Shown here piece after piece: positions 20,471 through 29,058 of a stretch of 64,000 nucleotides of DNA. A program made the position numbers and the translations under genes. A model generated the notes under the pieces. The model did no database searches, was not told where the DNA came from, and saw only the letters and a list, made by a program, of their open reading frames with translations. The stretch's first letter is position 1. Every line of letters begins with the position of its first letter. The stretch is from Halarcobacter sp. (GTDB lineage Bacteria > Campylobacterota > Campylobacteria > Campylobacterales > Arcobacteraceae), in the NCBI GenBank assembly GCA_963676565.1, contig OY781089.1, positions 320,001 to 384,000 of the forward strand, written 5' to 3'.

Positions 20471-22450
20471 ATGAAAATCAATACAAATGTATCTTCTTTA
20501 AGCGCACAAGAAGCAAACAAAAACACGAATAACAACATTGCTAAATCTTTAGAGAAACTATCTACAGGTTTAAAAATCAACAAAGCTGCAGATGATGCAT
20601 CTGGTTTAGCTATTGCTGATAAACTTAGAACTCAAGGTAACTCTATTGGTCAAGGTATCTCAAATGCTAACTCAGCAGTTGCATTAATCCAAATTGCTGA
20701 TAAAGCTATGGCTGAGCAATCTAACATTTTAGATACAATCAAAACTAAACTTATTCAAGCATCTACTTCTACAACTTCTGAAGATGGTAGAGAAGCTATT
20801 AGAAAAGATATCCAAAAACTTTTAGAGCAATTTGACAATATTGCTGGTCAAACTAACTATAATGGTTTAAATCTTTTAAATGAGAAAGATAAAGAATTTG
20901 TTTTCCAAGTTGGAGAAGACTCATCTTTTGATATTGGTTTAAAAACTGAATTCGCTGTTAATACATCTGGTCTTGGAAGTGCAGGAAATGAAGGAACAAC
21001 TACAGCAACAATTAAAACAAGTGCTGCTGCTGGTGTTACTTTAGAAGGAGAATCTCCGAACGCTTCAATTACAGTAAACTCAACATCAGGAAATGCTACT
21101 CTTACTGTTGCAGCAGCAGCATCTGCTTCTTCAACATCAGAAATGACTGTTAATGTTTCTGCAAATGATGTTTCTAAAATAGGTCTTAGTAACTCTACTA
21201 CTACAAGTTCAATAGTATTATCAACTGATGATGTTGAATTAGCTAAATTCTTAGATAAAGAAGCTGATAAATCAACTTCTGATGGATTAACAAAAATCTC
21301 AAGTGGTGTATATGAATTTAAATCTACTGCTGATGCAACTGAATCAACTATCACATTTGAAAATAATGCATTAGTTGATATTAGTAGTTTAAAAGTTAGT
21401 AATCTATCTGCATTAACTACTGGTGGAGATATATTCAAAGTTTATACTGACGAAGCTGTTACAGTTGAAAAACTTGGTGGTGGTAATGATATTACAGTAA
21501 ATACTGGTTCTGCTATGGATGTAAAAATCAATGGTGACACATCAGAAGGTATTGCTTATACAGCAGGAACTTATGCAATGCTTACAGAAGGTACAATTGC
21601 AGTTAGAGACAATTCTACTTCAGCAACACTTGATGTTGTAGCTATTAACTCTGTTGAAGCAACTACTACTTCAGAAGTAGCTATTAACTCATTTACTGCT
21701 ACATCTGATGCAAGTGTAAAATCTATTTCATTAAGAAATACTGGTGCTGAAGCAAGTGTTATTATATCTACTACAGATGGTACTACAGCTCAAGCTTTAA
21801 GAGATGCTGGTCTTAATGAAAATGCAGATGGTACATTTACTTGGTCTACATCAGGCGTTGATGATACAGCAACTTTAGATTTTGGAACAGATGGAATTGA
21901 TATTGGAAATATTAGTTTCTCAGATGTTGATAAAAACACTACTTCTAATGATGTTATCTTTATTGAAACATCAGGTACAGTTACAATCTCTAATGATAAA
22001 GCAGAAGGTACAGACTCTGATTATGGTCATATAAGTGTATCTTTAACTACTTCAGAAACAGCTGCTGCTTTTGAAACTGCTGGTGTTGGATTTGGAGAAG
22101 TTAGTTCAGGTATGGCATTTAAAAACCTTGAAGGTCTATCAGTTTTAGGAGAAGGTGATTTAACCTCTGATACTGCTAATTTATATATGAGTGTTGTTGA
22201 TGATGCATTAACTCAACTTAACTCTGTTAGATCTGACTTTGGTGCTACGCAAAACCAATTAGACTCTGCTATTAGAAATATGATGACAGTGCAAACTAAT
22301 ATTAAAGCAGCGGAATCTGTAATTAGAGATGTTGACTATGCAGAAGAATCAGCGAACTTTAATAAACAAAATATTATTTCTCAAGCTGGATCTTATGCTA
22401 TGTCTCAAGCTAATCAAGTACAACAGAACGTTCTTAGATTACTTCAATAA
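20471..22450 (+). CDS. Flagellin 1 (659 aa)
   Basis: INTNVSSL..LEKLSTGLKINKAADDASG N-terminus and RSDFGATQNQL..IRDVDYAEE..VLRLLQ C-terminus; flaA versus flaB cannot be assigned from sequence alone. Confidence 0.97.
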   Translation: MKINTNVSSLSAQEANKNTNNNIAKSLEKLSTGLKINKAADDASGLAIADKLRTQGNSIGQGISNANSAVALIQIADKAMAEQSNILDTIKTKLIQASTSTTSEDGREAIRKDIQKLLEQFDNIAGQTNYNGLNLLNEKDKEFVFQVGEDSSFDIGLKTEFAVNTSGLGSAGNEGTTTATIKTSAAAGVTLEGESPNASITVNSTSGNATLTVAAAASASSTSEMTVNVSANDVSKIGLSNSTTTSSIVLSTDDVELAKFLDKEADKSTSDGLTKISSGVYEFKSTADATESTITFENNALVDISSLKVSNLSALTTGGDIFKVYTDEAVTVEKLGGGNDITVNTGSAMDVKINGDTSEGIAYTAGTYAMLTEGTIAVRDNSTSATLDVVAINSVEATTTSEVAINSFTATSDASVKSISLRNTGAEASVIISTTDGTTAQALRDAGLNENADGTFTWSTSGVDDTATLDFGTDGIDIGNISFSDVDKNTTSNDVIFIETSGTVTISNDKAEGTDSDYGHISVSLTTSETAAAFETAGVGFGEVSSGMAFKNLEGLSVLGEGDLTSDTANLYMSVVDDALTQLNSVRSDFGATQNQLDSAIRNMMTVQTNIKAAESVIRDVDYAEESANFNKQNIISQAGSYAMSQANQVQQNVLRLLQ

Positions 22451-22463
22451 AATTAATCTATCT

Positions 22464-22491
22464 AAAAGCCTAGTTAATTCTAGGCTTTTTT
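22464..22491 (+). terminator. Intrinsic terminator after flagellin 1
   Basis: aaaagcctag-ttaatt-ctaggctttttt. Confidence 0.85.
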
Positions 22492-22513
22492 ATTTGTCTA
22501 CTCATATTTAATC

Positions 22514-22542
22514 TAATTTTAAGAATTGGTATGTGATAATTT
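22514..22542 (+). promoter_or_regulatory. Putative promoter of flagellin 2 (extended -10 TG-T-GATAAT)
   Basis: Lies downstream of the flagellin 1 terminator; 25/29 identical to 56234-56262. Confidence 0.55.
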
Positions 22543-22663
22543 CATTATAAGTATATAGGGATCAATTGATTCCAAAGAGACTTTTTCTCTATGCTTGGTA
22601 ACACAAGAATGTTTTAGGCTGTGAAACTATTCACTATGTGTCATAATATTGAAAGGATTTATT

Positions 22664-24655
22664 ATGAGAATTAATACAAATGTGTCTTCTTTAAGCGCAC
22701 AAGAAGCAAACAAAAACACGAATAACAACATTGCTAAATCTTTAGAGAAACTATCTACAGGTTTAAAAATCAACAAAGCTGCAGATGATGCATCTGGTTT
22801 AGCTATTGCTGATAAACTTAGAACTCAAGGTAACTCTATTGGTCAAGGTATCTCAAATGCTAACTCAGCAGTTGCATTAATCCAAATTGCTGATAAAGCT
22901 ATGGCTGAGCAATCTAACATTTTAGATACAATCAAAACTAAACTTATTCAAGCATCTACTTCTACAACTTCTGAAGATGGTAGAGAAGCTATTAGAAAAG
23001 ATATCCAAAAACTTTTAGAGCAATTTGACAATATCTCTGGTCAAACTAACTATAATGGTTTAAATCTTTTAAATGAGAAAGATAAAGAATTTGTTTTCCA
23101 AGTTGGAGAAGACTCATCTTTTGATATTGGTTTAAAAACTGAATTCGCTGTTAATACATCTGGTCTTGGAAGTGCAGGAAATGAAGGAACAACTACTTCT
23201 ACTATCAAAACTACTGGTGGAGCAGCTGGAAATGTTACTTTAGAAGGTGAAGTATCTAATGCTTCAATTACTGTTAGTTCAACAGCTGGTGATGTATCTA
23301 TAAGTGCTGCATCAGCAGCATCTGCTTCTTCAACATCAGAAATGTCAGTTAATGTTTCTGCAAATGATGTTTCTAAAATAGGTCTTAGTAATACTACTAC
23401 TACAAGTTCAATAGTATTATCAACTGATGATGTTGAATTAGCTAAATTCTTAGATAAAGAAGCTGATAAATCAACTTCTGATGGATTAACAAAAATCTCA
23501 AGTGGTGTATATGAATTTAAATCTACTGCTGATGCAACTGAATCAACTATCACATTTGAAAATAATGCATTAGTTGATATTAGTAGTTTAAAAGTTAGTA
23601 ATCTATCTTCATTAACTACTGGTGGAGATATCTTCAACGTTTATACTAACGAAGCTGTTACAGTTGAAAAACTTGGTGGAGGAGAAGACATCTCTATTAA
23701 TAATAGTGGTGGTGATGTTATGGATGTAAAAATCAATGGTGACACATCAGAAGGTATTGCTTATACAGCAGGAACTTATGCAATGCTTACAGAAGGTACA
23801 ATTGCAGTTAGAGACAATTCTACTTCAGCAACACTTGATGTTGTAGCTATTAACTCTGTTGAAGCAACTACTACTTCAGAAGTAGCTATTAACTCATTTA
23901 CTGCTGCATCTGATGCAAATGTAAAATCTATTTCATTAAGAAATACTGGTGCTGAAGCAAGTGTTATTATATCTACTACAGATGGTACTACAGCTCAAGC
24001 TTTAAGAGATGCTGGTCTTAATGAAAATGCAGATGGTACATTTACTTGGGCTACATCAGGTGTTGATGATACAGCAACTTTAGATTTTGGAACAGATGGA
24101 ATTGATATTGGAAATATTAGTTTCTCAGATGTTGATAAAAACACTACTTCTAATGATGTTATCTTTATTGAAACATCAGGTACAGTTACAATCTCTAATG
24201 ATAAAGCAGAAGGTACTGATGCTGATTATGGTCATATAAGTGTATCTTTAACTACTTCAGAAACAGCTGCTGCTTTTGAAACTGCTGGTGTTGGATTTGG
24301 AGAAGTTAGTTCAGGTATGGCATTTAAAAACCTTGAAGGTCTTATGGCTCTAGGAGAAGGTGACTTAACTTCTGAAACAGCAAATAACTTTATGTCTGTT
24401 GTTGATGATGCATTAACTCAACTTAACTCAGTTAGATCTGACTTTGGTGCTACGCAAAACCAATTAGACTCTGCTATTAGAAATATGCAAACAGTACAAA
24501 CTAATATTAAAGCAGCGGAATCTGTAATTAGAGATGTTGACTATGCAGCAGAATCAGCGAACTTTAATAAACAAAATATTATTGCTCAAGCTGGGTCTTA
24601 TGCTATGTCTCAAGCTAATGCAGTACAACAAAACGTATTAAGACTACTTCAGTAG
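22664..24655 (+). CDS. Flagellin 2 (663 aa)
   Basis: ATG 22664 (MRINTNVSSL) with AAAGGA RBS; near-identical paralogue of flagellin 1. Confidence 0.97.
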   Translation: MRINTNVSSLSAQEANKNTNNNIAKSLEKLSTGLKINKAADDASGLAIADKLRTQGNSIGQGISNANSAVALIQIADKAMAEQSNILDTIKTKLIQASTSTTSEDGREAIRKDIQKLLEQFDNISGQTNYNGLNLLNEKDKEFVFQVGEDSSFDIGLKTEFAVNTSGLGSAGNEGTTTSTIKTTGGAAGNVTLEGEVSNASITVSSTAGDVSISAASAASASSTSEMSVNVSANDVSKIGLSNTTTTSSIVLSTDDVELAKFLDKEADKSTSDGLTKISSGVYEFKSTADATESTITFENNALVDISSLKVSNLSSLTTGGDIFNVYTNEAVTVEKLGGGEDISINNSGGDVMDVKINGDTSEGIAYTAGTYAMLTEGTIAVRDNSTSATLDVVAINSVEATTTSEVAINSFTAASDANVKSISLRNTGAEASVIISTTDGTTAQALRDAGLNENADGTFTWATSGVDDTATLDFGTDGIDIGNISFSDVDKNTTSNDVIFIETSGTVTISNDKAEGTDADYGHISVSLTTSETAAAFETAGVGFGEVSSGMAFKNLEGLMALGEGDLTSETANNFMSVVDDALTQLNSVRSDFGATQNQLDSAIRNMQTVQTNIKAAESVIRDVDYAAESANFNKQNIIAQAGSYAMSQANAVQQNVLRLLQ

Positions 24656-24660
24656 TTGAA

Positions 24661-24685
24661 TAAGTAGTAGCTTAGCTGCTACTTA
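24661..24685 (+). terminator. Stem-loop after flagellin 2
   Basis: taagtagtagc-tta-gctgctactta (one G-U pair). Confidence 0.65.
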
Positions 24686-24697
24686 CGTTTCTGTGAA

Positions 24698-24721
24698 AAC
24701 GTTCTTAAGTTACTTTAATAG
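24698..24721 (+). pseudogene. Relic of a flagellin 3' end (NVLKLL**)
   Basis: aacgttcttaagttactttaatag matches the last 24 nt of flagellin 1 (aacgttcttagattacttcaataa) at 20/24. Confidence 0.55.
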
Positions 24722-24739
24722 GAAGTAATTTAATTCTAA

Positions 24740-24767
24740 TAAAGTAGTGACTTAAGTCACTACTTTA
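24740..24767. terminator. Perfect 28-bp palindrome overlapping the maf stop (bidirectional terminator)
   Basis: taaagtagtgacttaagtcactacttta is its own reverse complement. Confidence 0.7.
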
Positions 24768-26718
24768 AATTAATATCGTTAACTCTATTTTCTACTTCTT
24801 CAAAAAATTCTAATAATTTTAATAAAGAACTATTTACAAAATTCATTGCTTTATTTTTATCTGATGTAGCAAGTGCATGGGTATATAAAGCTGTATAAAA
24901 GTGATACATCGTCCCTTTTAATAAAGATCTTGTTAAATAACTTTTGTTTTCATAATTAGGATTATTTGCTATTTCATATGTAGTTGAGATTAAATCAAAA
25001 AGTTCTTTAAATGTTTCAATCTCTTTTTTTGTAACTATCTCTTTAATTTCTTTAATATTAGAAATCAACATTTCTTTTTCTGATTTATATATTGAATCTA
25101 TTTCTTTATGAAGTTTTTCAAAATCAAAATCAAAATTGTTTTCAATTCCTTTTAAAATATCAACTTTATTAATTTTGTTATCTAATTTTATACTTTCCGC
25201 TTTAAATGGTGTTGTTCCATCAATATATAAACCATCACTACAATTAAAATAATTAATTTTAATTTTTCTTTTAACTTTATAATCAAGGATACAATTCTCA
25301 GCTCTTTGTTTACACCAATTAAATATATTAGTTGTCATAAACTTTTCTTCTTTATCAAAATTACCAGGAAATTTTTCTTTTAATAAATCTAAAGTATTTA
25401 CTTTATGCTCTTTAGTATTATAATAGATTGTATCTTTTGAATGATGACTCTCAGGATCTTTAAATCCCATATCTGTACCAAACATAAATATATTTTGAAA
25501 TCCTATATCAGATAAAAAAGATAATGCACCATTAACAATAGTTGGATTACAATGATTTAACTTAGGTATATCTTCTGGGACAATAGAAGAACCTGCATCA
25601 TTATCTCTAAAATAAATTTTTGCACTTTTAAACATACTATATACTTTAGGATCAATTACATTTAAACCAATCATATCAATGTTTTTCAAATACTCTTTAG
25701 TTCCATAGTTTTCAATGATAGAAGCCATAAAAGTTGGTCTTTCAATTTCCATATGGAAATCAGGAGAAATCCCATTTTTATATAAAACTCTTAACGCAGT
25801 ACCACAAGATATTAATACAACATTATCTTTATGCTTTTTAATATATTCTATATCTTTATCAATTGATGGACCTGAGGCAACTATAAAAGCTGTAGAATTT
25901 TTAGGTAATTTATTACTATATCTATAAACAGGTAAATCATCATTTAGATTTTTAATAGTATGTTCTAAACTTATTATTTCATCATCATAAAAACCTTGAC
26001 CAGTGAAAGCTATATCAATTTTTTCTATAAATTTTTCTTTAAATTCATCAAAAAACTTAGATTTATAATGGGTATAAAAAGGGATTAAATAAAACTGATA
26101 AGAAAAGTTTTTATAAATAGTATTAAGTACAATTCTTGATATTTCTTGACTATTACTACCAATACAAAAATGAAGACCATGATTTTTTTGTTTAAAATAC
26201 ATAAAAATAGGTCTCCAATCTAAAAGATGAAAACTAACTTTTAACATTTCATAACTTTCATCTACAATAATAATTTCTTTAATACCATTTGATTGTTGGA
26301 TTAACTTTTGAATATGAGCCCCTGAACCAATCCCCATCATCAATAAAAAAGGAAAATATCCTTCTAAGTTTTCATGATAGTTCTCGAAGCCTTTATTTTC
26401 TTTTAAATACTCCGATTTTAGTTCAATGCCTTTAATTAATTTATCATGGTAATAATCTTTGTCACTATCTTTATTCCAAGTAGGTTTTTTAAAAAACATT
26501 GGAGGATTATCTAAAAAAGCATTTACTTGAGCTTGTATAGCTAAATCAACTTTCCCAGGATAAATATTTTTACCCTTTATAGCTATATTATATTCACCTA
26601 ATTGAGTAATATTTAGTTCATAATCTTTTATATCTGCTTTAATAATACTATTATAAACCTCTGGCCAACCTTCTTTTAAAAAAGTCATATTATTTTGATA
26701 GTTTTTTTCTAAATCCAT
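24760..26718 (-). CDS. maf: Motility accessory factor (Maf/DUF115), putative flagellin nonulosonyl-transferase
   Basis: IVASGPSID, CGTAL..L...GI.PDFH..IER, PTIVN and FGTDMGF..HHS motifs of the MAF_flag10 domain; adjacent to the flagellins and pseI. Confidence 0.85.
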   Translation of the reverse strand: MDLEKNYQNNMTFLKEGWPEVYNSIIKADIKDYELNITQLGEYNIAIKGKNIYPGKVDLAIQAQVNAFLDNPPMFFKKPTWNKDSDKDYYHDKLIKGIELKSEYLKENKGFENYHENLEGYFPFLLMMGIGSGAHIQKLIQQSNGIKEIIIVDESYEMLKVSFHLLDWRPIFMYFKQKNHGLHFCIGSNSQEISRIVLNTIYKNFSYQFYLIPFYTHYKSKFFDEFKEKFIEKIDIAFTGQGFYDDEIISLEHTIKNLNDDLPVYRYSNKLPKNSTAFIVASGPSIDKDIEYIKKHKDNVVLISCGTALRVLYKNGISPDFHMEIERPTFMASIIENYGTKEYLKNIDMIGLNVIDPKVYSMFKSAKIYFRDNDAGSSIVPEDIPKLNHCNPTIVNGALSFLSDIGFQNIFMFGTDMGFKDPESHHSKDTIYYNTKEHKVNTLDLLKEKFPGNFDKEEKFMTTNIFNWCKQRAENCILDYKVKRKIKINYFNCSDGLYIDGTTPFKAESIKLDNKINKVDILKGIENNFDFDFEKLHKEIDSIYKSEKEMLISNIKEIKEIVTKKEIETFKELFDLISTTYEIANNPNYENKSYLTRSLLKGTMYHFYTALYTHALATSDKNKAMNFVNSSLLKLLEFFEEVENRVNDINLK

Positions 26719-26771
26719 ACTTTTCCTTCTTTTATTGTACTAGTTCACAGTAATCTCATATACAAAATAAA

Positions 26772-27821
26772 TTAATCTTTCCCTTCAAGAATAGTCCAAT
26801 TAACTTGTGTACCTTTTTTTAAATCTTTATTTACCTTTTTCCCTAAAAAATCATTCAAATATTTAGGATGCATCCCATAGCCAGGTCTTACACTTCTAAT
26901 ATTTTCAGAAGTAAGCATTTCACCTTTTTTTATATCTTTAGATATATAAAGACTTCGAGCAAATTGTCTTGATTTTTTCTTTTTAGAGGTCATACTGTAG
27001 TCTACTTTTCCAAGAAGTTTTTCAGTATCCCTAACTACTTTTATCATCTGTGCAAATTCTTCTTTATCTAAAGAAAATTCAGCATCAGGCCCTCCTATAG
27101 ATTTATCCAAAATAAAATGCTTTTCTATCACTTTTGCTCCTAATGTTGTAGCGACAATAGGTGCAGTAGTTCCTAAAGTATGGTCGGAAAAACCTGATAT
27201 AACATTAAATGTTTGTGCAAGATTTGGTATTATAACTAAGTTTGCATCTTCAAAAGGTGCTGGATATGCACTTGTACATTTTAAAAGTACAATATCATTA
27301 TTCCCTACACTTCTACAAATATCTACGGCATCTTGAATCTCATCAATAGTAGCTATACCTGTACTAATTATTATAGGTTTGCCTTTCGAAGCTACATACT
27401 TGATAAGTTCATGATCTGATATTTCAAATGATGCTATTTTGTATGCACTTGGATTAAATTGCTCTAAAAAATCCACTGCTGTTTTATCAAAAGGAGTTGA
27501 AAATATATCAATATCTAAACTTCTTGCATAATCAAATAATTGCTTATGCCATTCCCATGGTGTTGAAGCCCATTCATATAATTCATATAAACTTTTTCCA
27601 TCCCAAAGAGTCCCACCTTTTACTATAAAGTCATCTTCCTTACACTTTAATGTCATAGTATCAGCTGTATATGTTTGAAGCTTAATAGCATTTGCTCCTA
27701 TTTCTTTTGCTGCTTTTATAGTGTTCAATGCATTTTGAATACTTCCATTATGATTAGCACTTAATTCTGCAATTATATATATTCCATCTTTGTTTAGATC
27801 AAAATCACCTATTTTACACAC
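26772..27821 (-). CDS. pseI: Pseudaminic acid synthase
   Basis: IIAELSANHNGS, KLQTYTADT, TPWEWH, KIASFE and EKHF motifs plus C-terminal SAF domain. Probable GTG start at 27821 with AAGGA RBS (ORF track starts at 27908); own TATAAT at 27891-27886. Confidence 0.9.
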   Translation of the reverse strand: MCKIGDFDLNKDGIYIIAELSANHNGSIQNALNTIKAAKEIGANAIKLQTYTADTMTLKCKEDDFIVKGGTLWDGKSLYELYEWASTPWEWHKQLFDYARSLDIDIFSTPFDKTAVDFLEQFNPSAYKIASFEISDHELIKYVASKGKPIIISTGIATIDEIQDAVDICRSVGNNDIVLLKCTSAYPAPFEDANLVIIPNLAQTFNVISGFSDHTLGTTAPIVATTLGAKVIEKHFILDKSIGGPDAEFSLDKEEFAQMIKVVRDTEKLLGKVDYSMTSKKKKSRQFARSLYISKDIKKGEMLTSENIRSVRPGYGMHPKYLNDFLGKKVNKDLKKGTQVNWTILEGKD

Positions 27822-27978
27822 AAAGGGTTCCTTAAAATTATTATTTCTAAAATTATTCAGTTTTTTATCTGAACATAAGGGTTTCATTATACTTTTTTTC
27901 AAATTCAATTGGACTTAGAAAGACTAAATAACAATACTTTGTATTAAGATCATATTAAAATATTATCATTTAATTTTT

Positions 27979-29058
27979 TTATTCTAATATCTCTTTAATG
28001 ATATTTTTAATACTTATATCCATCTGATTTAAAATACTAACATTTATCTCTTGACCTATCAGTTCTTTTGACTTAGTAATTAATTCATCTTTATTTTTTA
28101 CCCATACCATCATATTATTATCAATTTGATATTTGTCATAGTGACAAATAAAACTTCTAGTTGAGATAGTTGGCGTACCTAAAAAACATGCTTCAGTATT
28201 AATTGTACCTCCACCACCTATAAATAAATCTGCAAATTTTAACAAGTGTTGTATTTTTACTTTTTCTTCAAGTACAATGGCAAAGGGGAATTCATCTTTT
28301 AAATAACTACTTTCATATCGTGGTATGATTATGATATTAACATTTAATTTTTGTTGTATTTGCTCTAGTGATTCATATAAAAAAGGATACTTTTTATTTA
28401 CATAGCTTGACTTATATTCTTCCTCTCTTATAACAATTGTTTTTTTTGAGTAATCCATAGGATAGTTTTTTAATAATCTATAAACATACTCTTTATCGTA
28501 GTTAAACTTTTTTAACCAAATAAGAGGGTCTATAAAATCGTATTGAAAAATCTGCTCATCATCAAGACCAAATCTTTTTATAACTTGATCTGGCACAACA
28601 AAAGGTTTAAACATTTTAGCAGCTAAAGGTATTGTAAGTCTAGCTTGAGGAAGAGCCTTTTTAAAATTTTCATTGAAATCGGATAAAGGTATATCATAAA
28701 AGTTATATATAGGTATTCCCAAACCAAAAGCTGCTCGGCAAGCATCTACGGAAGATAAACAAACCAATTTTTCAATATTATGATGTGCTAAATAATCAAT
28801 AATTTTGAACTGTCTATCAAGTGATGTTTTATACTTTGAGATAAGACAATTTCCACCAAAATTTCCAATATTTTCAAATTCTAGATTATAAAGTTTTAAT
28901 AACTCTACAGTCTCTTTGTATCCTTCACCACCTCTTGTGGTAATAAGTGTATTTTTATATTTTTGTATCTCTTTTATTATTGGCTCAAAAAAAAGCACAG
29001 ACTTTGGTGTGACGAGATCAAACCATATAATTCCTTCTGCCTTTTGTTTCGTTCTCAT
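27979..29058 (-). CDS. DUF354-family protein (GT-B-like fold)
   Basis: IWFDL.TPK, TTR and GGGT..TEA..LGTPTIS pattern typical of DUF354. Confidence 0.7.
   Translation of the reverse strand: MRTKQKAEGIIWFDLVTPKSVLFFEPIIKEIQKYKNTLITTRGGEGYKETVELLKLYNLEFENIGNFGGNCLISKYKTSLDRQFKIIDYLAHHNIEKLVCLSSVDACRAAFGLGIPIYNFYDIPLSDFNENFKKALPQARLTIPLAAKMFKPFVVPDQVIKRFGLDDEQIFQYDFIDPLIWLKKFNYDKEYVYRLLKNYPMDYSKKTIVIREEEYKSSYVNKKYPFLYESLEQIQQKLNVNIIIIPRYESSYLKDEFPFAIVLEEKVKIQHLLKFADLFIGGGGTINTEACFLGTPTISTRSFICHYDKYQIDNNMMVWVKNKDELITKSKELIGQEINVSILNQMDISIKNIIKEILE

Noticed and set aside
20393..22663. Sigma28 or sigma54 promoters for the flagellins
   Set aside because: No convincing TAAA-N15-GCCGATAA or TGGCAC-N5-TTGC match; only sigma70-like extended -10 boxes were found
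20857..23637. Two ~194-aa minus-strand ORFs and a 60-aa ORF within the flagellins
   Set aside because: Shadow frames produced by codon bias; duplicated only because the flagellins are duplicated
27822..27908. 29-aa N-terminal extension of PseI
   Set aside because: No similarity to NeuB-family N-termini; a GTG with an RBS at 27821 and a TATAAT inside the extension argue against it
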